Shown here in pieces: positions 1-9,799 of a DNA stretch of 64,000 nucleotides; positions within the stretch are counted from its first letter, which is position 1, and each line of letters opens with the position of its first letter. The notes beneath the pieces were generated by a model, which saw nothing but the letters and a program-made list of their open reading frames with translations, ran no database searches and had not been told where the DNA came from. The position numbers and the translations under genes were made by a program. Source of the DNA: a virus; IMG/VR virus record IMGVR_UViG_3300050821_008688, positions 35,669 to 99,668 of that record. One strand, written 5' to 3'.

Positions 1-16
1 TCGCGGAGCGAATCAA

Positions 17-292
17 GTGAGCAATCTTACCGAACTACGTTTTCGTGTACAGACCTTAGCGGTACTGCTGGATAAACCATATCCGGGACTGGCATCGTGG
101 CGCACTGCATACGAAGCCGCGTCGCGTAGCATCTTAGACTTCTACGGCATCAACGTTGAGAGAATTAAAGCTGAGACTTGGACGCTAGCGGTGGAACAAA
201 CCATCGGTGATATGGAGCGGCGTAAATCTCGACGGTCGTTGTTTGACGCGCAGCCAAATATTGTAGGGGCTCCAACTAAATTAGATTTGTAG
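17..292 (+). CDS. hypothetical phage protein
   Basis: 91-aa ORF closely followed by the RBS of the next gene. Confidence 0.6.
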   Translation: MSNLTELRFRVQTLAVLLDKPYPGLASWRTAYEAASRSILDFYGINVERIKAETWTLAVEQTIGDMERRKSRRSLFDAQPNIVGAPTKLDL

Positions 293-301
293 GAGGAAAT
301 C

Positions 302-562
302 ATGGGTGCGTTTATTTTGGGATTGCTTGTCGGGGGCGGGCTGGCGTGGGTAGTGTCGCTGTTTGTTCGTACTCACGACGCATGGTTATTGCGTCAAGCT
401 GTGTTTTATGGTCCGTATACGTGTTTGGAGTGCGGGCGAATGATTTGTGAGTCGTCGTTTGAAGATGGTAGGAAAGCGTACGACTACCCTGAAGACGGCC
501 CCATCTACCCCAACACGCGATGGAACCGTCACGAGTGTGCGGCGACGGACTACAATTACTAG
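302..562 (+). CDS. hypothetical membrane protein with CxxC
   Basis: AGGAGG RBS; N-terminal hydrophobic helix; CLEC motif. Confidence 0.65.
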   Translation: MGAFILGLLVGGGLAWVVSLFVRTHDAWLLRQAVFYGPYTCLECGRMICESSFEDGRKAYDYPEDGPIYPNTRWNRHECAATDYNY

Positions 563-1122
563 GCGAACGTGATGGCGTTGACCACGGTCTGCGCGCGACT
601 CGTGTCATTTTCCTTGAGGTAACAGAGCGCAGTGGCGGGAGACCGGTGTTGCAAGAAACCGGAGACCGCGCCGAGTCTCTGGGTCTCGTCAAATATCTTC
701 ATCGCGATTGAGTGTCGGAAGACGTGAGAGTGACCGAAATCGCTGTGGAGCCCCGCCGCGTCGCAATAAACTTTCAGACGGTCGTTGAAATTCTGCCGAT
801 GGCTGGTGCTGAACAACAGATTCGTGCGCCGAGTCGCGGCCAGCCTGACCAGTGGCGTCATATCAAAGGCTGGGTCCGCGTCAAAGTGCAAATCCTTGAA
901 GGCTTTGCTACCGCCCTTGCGCGCGTGAATCTTGACCACGAGACGACCGTCAGCTTCAAAAATATCCTCACCCTTGAGGCTGAGAATCTGAGAGATGCGA
1001 GCGCCGGTAAAATAGCCGAGGAGCGCAATCAGGTGGTCGTTTTTGCTGGCGTCGCTGGTCTTGCTCGCCTCGTGAATCGTGCGAAATAACTTGCTCAGGT
1101 CTTTGGTTTCGAGGTATTCCAT
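559..1122 (-). CDS. tyrosine recombinase (catalytic domain only)
   Basis: TGARISQILSL, HSHVFRHS and LQHRSPATALCY give the R-HxxR-H-Y catalytic set; ATG at 1122 is coupled to the upstream stop. Confidence 0.9.
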   Translation of the reverse strand: MEYLETKDLSKLFRTIHEASKTSDASKNDHLIALLGYFTGARISQILSLKGEDIFEADGRLVVKIHARKGGSKAFKDLHFDADPAFDMTPLVRLAATRRTNLLFSTSHRQNFNDRLKVYCDAAGLHSDFGHSHVFRHSIAMKIFDETQRLGAVSGFLQHRSPATALCYLKENDTSRAQTVVNAITFA

Positions 1123-1376
1123 TAGCGCACCGCCTCGTTGAATTCCTCGTTGTCCAGTTCTTCGGTGAGGGAGCCGACGTAAGGGTCTAGCACAGGTTTC
1201 GGTGCCAAAATTTGCCCCATGAGTTCGTTGTAGAGTTTGGCCCATTTGTTGGTGTCAGAAAAAACCACGAATTTGGAATCGGTCGGGATGCCTTCAAATT
1301 CGCAGGCGCGAGCCCAGACCAAAGAAACAGATTGATAAACCGTGATGTGTTTTGTGGTCATTGTCGTGTTCTCCAT
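1122..1376 (-). CDS. hypothetical early protein
   Basis: ATG lies 6 nt after the -10 of TGGACA-N17-GATAAT; alternative SD-led start at 1361. Confidence 0.65.
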   Translation of the reverse strand: MENTTMTTKHITVYQSVSLVWARACEFEGIPTDSKFVVFSDTNKWAKLYNELMGQILAPKPVLDPYVGSLTEELDNEEFNEAVR

Positions 1377-1466
1377 GACTCCATTATCACTTTTGGGTTG
1401 GATTTTGTCCATAGTACGGAAGTACCGAAAATCCTTAGTACGAGGCACTGTGTAAATTTTACACGG

Positions 1467-1625
1467 TTACCGCAGATGTTCCTTGCGCACAAAGTCCAGC
1501 ATAGTCTCGGCGACCCGAATCTCTTCCTCCGTGGCCTGCGGGTTCCTGATAATCGCGTCTAGGCGTCGCGCCTCGCGGTTCCATTGCTCAATGAGCCAAT
1601 CCTGATTTTGCTGAACGTCGCTCAT
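1467..1625 (-). CDS. hypothetical protein (52 aa, not in ORF track)
   Basis: MSDVQQNQDW...KEHLR; ATGA overlap with the upstream gene. Confidence 0.55.
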   Translation of the reverse strand: MSDVQQNQDWLIEQWNREARRLDAIIRNPQATEEEIRVAETMLDFVRKEHLR

Positions 1626-1816
1626 GATTGCGCTGCTTTCGCCGCATAGACTTCGCGAATGAATTCCGCGACGCCTGCACGGTATCCGCGAGAATAATTA
1701 TCATCGGGCGTTTCGGGTTGCAGCATCTGCATAACTTTGAGGCAGCGGCCTGCGCGCGCGTCTTCGAGCCCGTGCCACTTGCCGCTTTCGTGGGTGGTCA
1801 TTGGTGTGTCGCTCAC
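1622..1816 (-). CDS. hypothetical protein
   Basis: GTGA-coupled to the DUF2958 gene. Confidence 0.6.
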   Translation of the reverse strand: MSDTPMTTHESGKWHGLEDARAGRCLKVMQMLQPETPDDNYSRGYRAGVAEFIREVYAAKAAQS

Positions 1817-2151
1817 GATTGCACCGCCTTACGAACGGTCGGCGGATAAGTGGTGGTGTCCAGAACCATTCCATCAAAGTACATATCGCGTTCAATTCCC
1901 AGACCGAGGCGGCCTTTGTAATTCGCCAATTCGGATAGGAGAAAATTTCCCAGTTCGGCTTCGTGGCCTTCAACGAGCCCGAAGAACAGCCAATCGCCGT
2001 CTTCTTGCAGTTCGCCTTCCGTGGCGTACCATGTCCAGTTTCCGGTTGGATTGAAAAACTTCACGATGATTGGGCGGGTCTTGAGACCATCGGTTGAGCC
2101 GAGCGGTGATTTCTTCAACTTTGCGATTATCGCGGCAGTGAGTAGCTTCAT
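1813..2151 (-). CDS. DUF2958 family protein
   Basis: VKFFNPTGNWTWYATE...FFGLVEGHEAELGNFLLSEL...IERDMYF; GGAGG RBS; own sigma70 promoter. Confidence 0.8.
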   Translation of the reverse strand: MKLLTAAIIAKLKKSPLGSTDGLKTRPIIVKFFNPTGNWTWYATEGELQEDGDWLFFGLVEGHEAELGNFLLSELANYKGRLGLGIERDMYFDGMVLDTTTYPPTVRKAVQS

Positions 2152-2225
2152 TGGTGTTGCCTCCTGTACTGTGATGATAGTATGCGGAGCCGCCGCCCCG
2201 GTCAATAGTACTAAAGTACCGACTT

Positions 2226-2780
2226 TCAGTCGGGATTTGCGTTGGTGATTTTGTCGAGTATAGCGACGCGCGCCTCCGCGCGGGTCTTTCCCGTTTGTAT
2301 CATGACGCGAGTGACCCAGTCTTTTAGAGCCTTGCCTGCAACGTGTTCCCATCGAGTTTTCATGGTGTCTCCTAGACAATCGCTTTGACGTTCAGGTCTC
2401 CCGGTTCGTTGCGAAGCCCGAAAGCCTTCTCCAGTTCATACATCAGCGTATGAAACCCGCCAGTATCGCCACAGTTCGGGCATCCGCCGTGGTCATTGTT
2501 GTAGCCTGCATTGCTCAAGCCAGCGTCAAATATTTTGCGTTGGACCTTGAACACCTCAGCTATCTTTCGTTTTTCTTTCAGACTGAATGAAGTTTTCATA
2601 GTGCCTCCATTATTTTTTCAGATTTAATTCTTCGAGCAGGTAGTCCGCTAGACTTATCCAGTTGTCGGAGAGGTACGAGCCGACTCCGCTGTATTCCGCA
2701 TAGTCCGCTTTTGTGTTCGCCAACTCAGTGACGAACGCGAGCAACTTTTGCGCCTGCTCTTGCGTTATGGGTTCGGCCAT
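2226..2780 (-). other. three small hypothetical genes (2610-2780, 2372-2599, 2226-2363)
   Basis: each has a GGAG(G) RBS and they are tightly packed. Confidence 0.55.
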
Positions 2781-2803
2781 CGTATCCTCCTCGAAAATTT
2801 TGC

Positions 2804-3024
2804 GGGCTCTTTTTCGCTGATGAGCCTATGTAGAGTCGGCACCTTGCGGTGGGCAACTCCTCACATAGCCAGCGATGGAGCCCTTACGACGGCGCGTCTT
2901 ACCCATTAGGCCGCGCGCCGAAGATTGGTGGCTTCTACGTTGCCCGGTGGAACAATCCACTGTGGAGTCTTGTGTTGCTGCGACCTTACCGGGTGAGAGC
3001 AGGATTTCCGTCCCGCGTCTCCAC
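2804..3024 (-). ncRNA. candidate structured RNA
   Basis: intergenic; long hairpin capped by CACC-GCAA-GGTG plus further stems; G-U pairs mostly favour the minus strand. Confidence 0.45.
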
Positions 3025-3092
3025 TCTTTTGACCCGTCTTATTCGCATTCTCCATCGCGGGGCGATTCGTCGTAGTGATAGCGCCACCGATG

Positions 3093-3290
3093 TTAAGAAA
3101 CTTTTTTGATGAGCCCGTTTTCCATTGTGACTTCGGCGAACCAGTTGCGCTTGTATGGCGACGGCCCGACCACACAGAACTTGCCGTCTGTTTTGAATTC
3201 AGGGCCGAATGCGCTGGTTTCCTCGTAGCGCAACGGCAGGCCGACCGCCGCTTTCAGGGCTTTCTTGGTCGCGTAATTGGCTCCCATCAT
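3093..3290 (-). CDS. hypothetical phage protein
   Basis: AGGAGG RBS; downstream of promoter TAGACA-N17-GATAAT. Confidence 0.7.
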   Translation of the reverse strand: MMGANYATKKALKAAVGLPLRYEETSAFGPEFKTDGKFCVVGPSPYKRNWFAEVTMENGLIKKVS

Positions 3291-3379
3291 TGTCGTGTGC
3301 CTCCTGAGATATTGTGGCGGTCGCCGAGGGCAAGTAGCACTACATTGACTACCGCATCTTCTCTGGTTTCCGCCACAAC

Positions 3380-3469
3380 CCATTATCACTTTTCCTGAGA
3401 TTCCTGTCTATAGTACTTTAGTACCGATTTTTTGCTTGACAAGGAAACTCACGGGTGTACACTCAGTTC
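3380..3469. promoter_or_regulatory. divergent sigma70 promoters with a GTAC-N4-GTAC operator
   Basis: leftward TAGACA-N17-GATAAT, rightward TTGACA-N16-TACACT, operator at 3413-3424. Confidence 0.7.
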
Positions 3470-4801
3470 ATGTCAACGTTTTCCATCTCAGGCACTATCT
3501 CTCCTGCGTCCTTTGTGAATCCTGCCACTACCATCGTGACATGGAATATGGGTTTTCCTCACTGGGGGAATGTGTCGCCTGCGGCTGACGGTACATACAC
3601 GATTCCTAATTTGGCTCCCGGAACCTATATCATTCAGGTAACCGGTTCAAATTTTTTGTCTCCCGCACAAACAGTGATTGTGAGCAATGCCAACGTGACT
3701 GGAATAAATTTTGTTTGTACGGCTGCTCCGAATATAGGAGTTTTCACGCCAATTTTTTCGGATTCTTTTCAGCGAGCGAATGAAACTCCACTTGGTAGCA
3801 CAGTAGGACATCAGCAGTGGTCACCGCCGAACGGCAGTCCGGGGCTTATTACTTCAACGTATCCTGAAATTTTGAACGACCAAGCGATAAGCGAACTTAA
3901 TGGTACGCTTGACGGAACGGCGGTGTATCTGGATGTTGCTCCATATCCTGTGCTGCCTGCGGACCAGTTCTGTCAGTGGACATTCAAAACTCTGAAAAAC
4001 GGAAATGCGTGGATATATGTTCGCAGCACACTGCCCGGTACGGGGTCAGGCAACAACGCACTTGAAGTTAATTGGAGTTTTTTTGCGATAAACGGAGCCG
4101 GTGTTCGTGGATGGGGATTTGCACCGGAAGACGACAATTCCGGTAATATTCCATACAACTTTGTTCCATTTCAGCCGTGGCCTGTTAGCGAAGGTGATAC
4201 TTGGGCTGTTGGGATTGCGGGACAAGGCGTCAACAGCGTTGCATATGTTTTTGTGAATGGCGTGTGTATATGGCAAGGGTCTCTAGCACCGAATCCAGAT
4301 TTGAATAAGATGTTGCCGAATGGCACCGTTGGAATTCAAATAAATCCCTACTCTACTCCGCCATTGGCGAGCGATATAGGCATAATCAATTTTGTGTCTG
4401 GGGCTTTTTCTGTGACTTCTCCCTCAGTTCCGAGCGGGATTCGCGGTATTCTTTCGTTTAGCAAACGCACTACGACCGCCGTTACAGTTTTTGCGTGTCT
4501 GGGTGCAGCAACAAAAGCATTTCATCTCGCTAACACCCCGAGCATAATGAATTCGCTGCATCTTGAACACGTGGAGCTATTCAGTTTGTATCGCCGAGTT
4601 TGTCACCAAGATAAAATGAATCAGGCTGCGGATTTGGATGCCACTATCGCGAAAATCGTCACCGTGGTCGGGCAACTGAATGCGACGGTACAATTAATCA
4701 CGCCGACGTTTCGGAATGCTGTAGAAGTACAAGAAGTTCAAATTGTGATTGCGAATGCAGCGCAGACTATGAATCTAGTTGTACTCGCGGAGACTCCATG
4801 A
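3470..4801 (+). CDS. Ig/carboxypeptidase-regulatory-like plus lectin-like beta-sandwich protein
   Basis: DGTYTIPNLAPGTYIIQVT...VTGINF, then DSFQRAN-type beta-rich domain; leaderless ATG. Confidence 0.6.
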   Translation: MSTFSISGTISPASFVNPATTIVTWNMGFPHWGNVSPAADGTYTIPNLAPGTYIIQVTGSNFLSPAQTVIVSNANVTGINFVCTAAPNIGVFTPIFSDSFQRANETPLGSTVGHQQWSPPNGSPGLITSTYPEILNDQAISELNGTLDGTAVYLDVAPYPVLPADQFCQWTFKTLKNGNAWIYVRSTLPGTGSGNNALEVNWSFFAINGAGVRGWGFAPEDDNSGNIPYNFVPFQPWPVSEGDTWAVGIAGQGVNSVAYVFVNGVCIWQGSLAPNPDLNKMLPNGTVGIQINPYSTPPLASDIGIINFVSGAFSVTSPSVPSGIRGILSFSKRTTTAVTVFACLGAATKAFHLANTPSIMNSLHLEHVELFSLYRRVCHQDKMNQAADLDATIAKIVTVVGQLNATVQLITPTFRNAVEVQEVQIVIANAAQTMNLVVLAETP

Positions 4802-6379
4802 AAATTATAAGGAAAGAAGCAGGTGATGAGCACACGGTGCCTTACGAGGTATTTTGCGAGGAGCACAACACGCAATTTCCTTTCAAAATTAGTTTCTTCG
4901 CACTATCTGCGGCTCCTAGTCCAAGAGCATTGATTGAGGAGATTGCAAGTCAGGTGTTGCGGAGTTGTTGTTCTGGATGTAGAGGATTGGACGCGCCGTT
5001 GCCACCGACACGCTGGCCGAACGCGGGGGAACCGGGAGGAGCCGAACTGTGAAAGACCCACTGATTGATAATTATCGGATGCAGGCTGCGAGACACTATG
5101 TTGAAGATTGTTTAGTTTTTATAGACGGTTCTATTGAAGCGGGCATAAGGCGTATTGGTACGGATGGATTTGAAAAAATAGTACGGGATGTTTATAAAGC
5201 AATGCCGGGGAGAGCAAATGAGCATAGCAAGATTTGCATCCAAGATTGAAGCCACGAAAGCCCACTGGTTTTCTCGCAGACACGAAACCGGTGGCCCAAA
5301 CTCTGACGCGCGCGAAAAGTACAAAGCAGAACAGCAAGCAAAGCGCGACCGCGCCACAGGTCCGAGGGTCTAATGTTCAAACGAAAAGAACCAATCAAAC
5401 TCGACATAAGCCTCGGTCAGTTTCCACACTGCGACCAGCGTATTCTTCACGCGCCTAGAGAATGCCAGTACTGCGATAAACATCAGGATTGGCAAGCGCT
5501 GCGCGTTGCATGGGGCATCGCTTTTACTGACTACGAGCCTGAAGGAACTGAGCTACCGTGCCCTGCCGATTATGCGCGCAGTGACAAACACAAATTGTGG
5601 GGCGGTAATATAGCTAAACCAGCGGAGCCCAAATCATGAAATACATTTACAAGGTTGAGTGCGATGGTGACTCGCTGTACATTCTCGCGGAGAGCCAAGA
5701 GTCGGCGAGACAGCGCCTGCACGCAATCTGTGGCCGGGTGCCTGAGTATTTGGTGAAATGGACTATTGTTACGGCGCTGCCGAAAGGCGAGGAGTTTCTA
5801 TGAAATATGTTTCGCAGTCAGGCACCGTTGTGGAAGCGCACAAGATTAAAGCATTCGGGAACGACGCGATTGGACCCTACGTGGTTTTTGAAAACGGAGA
5901 GCATCATTCGCGTCCCCTTGTGCATGGATTCATTCCAAGCGTTGGCGACTACTTTGTGCAAGATGCGCCACACACTGTGGACACAGTTCCGGCTTATGTT
6001 GAAGCGGGTGCCACGGCCATCATTGCGGCTGCAATTTTCAATAAGCTGTATACACCACAGGAATAGGAGGATTCAAATGGACTTGAAAGATTTTCGTACG
6101 GCAATAATTACGAGTACTGAACAGCTAAGCTTGTTGCAGGCGGTGAACGAGGGCTATGAATTTTTGGCGGAACACATTTTCGCTGAGGTAGCTCCGAGCC
6201 CCCAGCGTACGATTGCGCTGCATCGGCTGCTTGAATCAAAAATGAACTTGGTCCACGGTATTACGCATCCGCCGCAGTACCTTGCACCTGTGGATGTGTT
6301 GAAACCGCGCCGAGATGCGAATTACGAATTCGGAGAATTAAGAAAGTCAGCGGAGTACTCTAAGAATGAGAGTCGGTGA
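4798..6379 (+). other. block of about 7 small hypothetical genes
   Basis: coupled ORFs at 4798, 5049, 5218, 5373, 5637, 5800 and 6077 with RBSs. Confidence 0.55.
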
Positions 6380-6551
6380 TGCGCCGCCTCTGTGTGTTCT
6401 ACTACAAGGCGGCAGAGTGGCAAGGTAAGCCTGTTCAGTGGATTGTATGTACAAAATGCCGTGCGAAGATTCGCCACTGTCAGTTGACCAGTTTGTTGAA
6501 AGATGCAGCGCGACGCGCACAGTTCGCGGACAGCCAATATGGGAGTGAAAA

Positions 6552-6743
6552 ATGATAATTGATGACTACACGTTTTCGTATCTGATTAAGCGGGTTCTGG
6601 GCTCTGGTGTGTCAGTGAACGAATTAGCAGAAACGCTGGGTGTGAGCGGATACACCGTGCAGTGGTGGGCAGGTGGGAGAAGTTTACCGCACCCAGCGAT
6701 GCGCCAAGGGATTCGAGAAGCAATCGATTCAATATACGGATAG
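6552..6743 (+). CDS. XRE/Cro-type HTH protein
   Basis: SVNELAETLGVSGYTVQWWAGGRSLP. Confidence 0.8.
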   Translation: MIIDDYTFSYLIKRVLGSGVSVNELAETLGVSGYTVQWWAGGRSLPHPAMRQGIREAIDSIYG

Positions 6744-7492
6744 GGAGAAATCATGAGCAGACAATCAGTACGAGAAGAGAAGCATGAAATGCGTGTGATG
6801 CGAGTACTCAGCAAAGCGGTGCATGCGATGCAAAAGCTGACTGCACACGCACGCGTGGTTGACACGTTTCCAAACACGACCAAAGAAGCGTGTATTGAAC
6901 TGATGAATGTAGAAGCCCGTACGCGAATCCGATTTGCCATGAAAGATTCAGAGGCGGTCTAAACATATCAGGACTACGTCCTGCTGCTTCATTGCAGGCT
7001 AGCGATGATGCTCAACGGCGCGCGGATGGGTTCCAGCACCTCCTTTCCTGTCCGCGCGACGAGCGAGGCGAAAAAGTATGGCTGAAGAATTCATGACGCC
7101 GGATGGATTGCGTGCGGCGGTCAAGCAACTGATGGGCGAGGCGCGTGGAGCAGGCGAGTTCCAAGTGGGCTTGGCGCGACAAATGGAAGAGAAATATCTT
7201 TGGCGTCACGGGCGTGCGTGGATGGTGTGGCGCGTCCAGTACCTTGATGGTGAGTGGTCACCGTGGCATGTGCGAGCTACAGCATTACCGGAGGTTCCGT
7301 TCGTGGAGATGAAACCGTGATTAGAGAATTCGCATCTATCGAATTGAAATGCGATAACGCGCCATGCAATGCCGTTGTGTATGTAACCGAAGCCAGTCTT
7401 GAATTGTGCAACGAGAAGTTGCTTCATATGGGCTGGCGTATTTGGAGTCAGCGAGAACAAATTCTGTGTCCGATGTGTGTAGCGAGGAGAAA

Positions 7493-7927
7493 ATGGTTAT
7501 CGGAATCGTAGGTGCAGAGGCTGCAAAATTCACGCCGTTCACTGAGATGCAAGCGAAAGCGATTATTCGCGCGCTGCTATCAGGTCCGTACGTCACCGGC
7601 TATTCAAGCGGCCACTGTCATCTTGGCGGTGTGGATATTTGGACTGAAGAGATTGGAAACGAATTGGGATTGAAGCCGTTTATTTATCCACCAAAAACTT
7701 TGTCATGGGCCGATGGATACAAGCCGCGCAATCTGCAAATCGTAGCAGCCAGCAATGAAGTCCACTGTATCACTGTGGAAAAGCTACCCGTAGGGTACAA
7801 AGGCATGGAGTTTGATAGTTGCTATCACTGTAAAGGGCGTAACCGAGAGCACTGCAAAAGTGGGGGATGCTGGACCGCTTGGAAGGCAGCAGCCGTTGGA
7901 AAGCCTGCGTACTGGCACATCATATAG
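7493..7927 (+). CDS. SLOG-family (YspA/DUF2493-like) protein
   Basis: IGIVG...SSGHCHLGGVDIWTEE...GYKPRNLQIV; C-terminal Cys/His cluster. Confidence 0.6.
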   Translation: MVIGIVGAEAAKFTPFTEMQAKAIIRALLSGPYVTGYSSGHCHLGGVDIWTEEIGNELGLKPFIYPPKTLSWADGYKPRNLQIVAASNEVHCITVEKLPVGYKGMEFDSCYHCKGRNREHCKSGGCWTAWKAAAVGKPAYWHII

Positions 7928-8072
7928 GAGGATTTATTTTAGTTCTAACAGTTTGCAAACGGTCAGTCAGACCGGTATGAAGGTGGGGAGCCGCGAGGCA
8001 TACCATTCTTCTTATGACTATCTCGGTGAGCAATTCCGAGCGCAGCGCAAGTCAGGCGAGAGAGATGGCATC

Positions 8073-9741
8073 TTAGGCGTGTTTCGGTTCTAGTTTTGGT
8101 TCGATTTGAAAAGCAGCACGGATGCGTTTGTTCTTTTTGCAGTTCAAAACCTCACGGTCTCGCACCACACAAAAATGATTGCTGCAATGGATGAAGAATT
8201 CGCCCTCGGGAAATGCCAGTAAGAACTGACGCATTGTTGTTGGTGTAGGATGGATGCGACGCACGGTGCGATGTTCATGAATTCGAGTAAGTAAATCTGA
8301 AAGATGCATGCCATATTTTGGGCTGGCTTTCAAGTCATCGGTCGGCACGTTCAGATTGTCCAGAGCTATGAGCCCGCAGTTGTAGCTGTTGCCTGCCATG
8401 CCGTTTTGACTGTCTTGATTCATGATGTTAGTCCACCTCTTGGGCTTCGTACGCGCCGGGGAGAATCTGAATCGCTGCGAGCCCGTTCGCAACGCGTATC
8501 GGGTTTGCCCAAGCTACGCAGTCGGCGCAGATGGGCTTGCGAAAGCCGTTGACCGTGACGCTAGGCACTAAATTAGGATTGAACGAAAACAGTTTGTGGC
8601 ATCGCATGCACTCGCCTGTAGCCAGCATGAATCCCATTTTATAATCCTTCCATCACAATTCGCGAAGCATAGCGGTAGACCTTCAGTTCTAGCGCCGCTG
8701 CGTATTTTTCAACCAGTCGTCTCGCGGCCTCGGCTGCCTTGTAGTCTTCCTCTCCAGCACAATAGTGAAACAATTCAATGTGGTCTAGTAGGATTTGCAT
8801 CAGCGTGCCTCCACGGTCTGAGTGTGTTTCTGGTTCTTGAAATACGTAAGCCACTTCGGAGTGGCGTGCAGCCGTGCTTCTTCTCGCTTCCATTTCAAAG
8901 TAGCGGCGCGGTCAAAGCCTGAGATGCTGGAACCGCAGGTGCATCGGGCTTCGTAGCGCATGTTAGCTCACATCCGCAGGCAACAGGTTAGCGTCGGCAG
9001 GAACCAGGAATACATCGTAGGTCTTGTGCTTGGTTTCCACGATGAACACCAGTTCGTTGCTCGGTAGGCGATAGACGGTATGCGTCGGGCTGTAGGCATA
9101 CGGCGAAGTAATCGCCGCGACGCGTGGGATTGCGTAGTTTGTGTCAGCCAACGTCGCGAGAAAGCGCGCGTGACCGACGTGTGAGGTAATGCGCTTGATG
9201 CGCTTCGGCATGGGTTCGCGGCCAATGAGTTGAAAGCGGATATCGGCATCGCGATAACCGGGGCGTTCACGATTCACTTTCACTGCCTGTTCAGCGAAGG
9301 CTTGCGCCTCTTCGTATGTGCCGAACCATGAAGAGTGATGTTCGCGAATGCCGCCGAGCAGCCAGCCGTTGTTATGCAGCAGAGTGATAACCGCTTTGTA
9401 TTGGGTTGTCATTATCGTGTTCTCCATGTCAAGAGTATAGCGATTATCACATTTCAGTGCAATGGTACTTTAGTACTGTTTTTTAGTCGCTTCGCAGATG
9501 GGATATCGCAGGTGGCAGTTAGGATTGGCGTTGCGATTTTCGTGTCTGGGTACGCGACCTGTTTTCGTGAGCCGCACTCGCACTCCGCAGCGCGGGCAGT
9601 GAACAGTCATGACTTCCCCCGTGGCTTTTGGCCGACGCGGATGTGTTGCTGAGTGTCGCGCAGTTGTGTGCCGCGCCAGCCCGCGAGACCGCGATAGACC
9701 GTCGTGCCTTGAATCTTAGTGGTGATGAATACTGGCTTCAT
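8073..9741 (-). other. leftward block of small early genes
   Basis: ORFs 9607-9741, 8963-9427, 8428-8637 and 8073-8423, with sigma70 promoters near 9434-9462 and 9748-9776. Confidence 0.6.
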
Positions 9742-9799
9742 GTAGACAGGATACCAATCATCACATTTCAGGTCAATAGTACTTTGGTACCGAATTGTG

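Noticed and set aside
2810-2883. CTGATGAG suggesting a hammerhead ribozyme
   Set aside because: No correctly placed GAAA or NUH, and the segment is part of a hairpin better supported on the opposite strand
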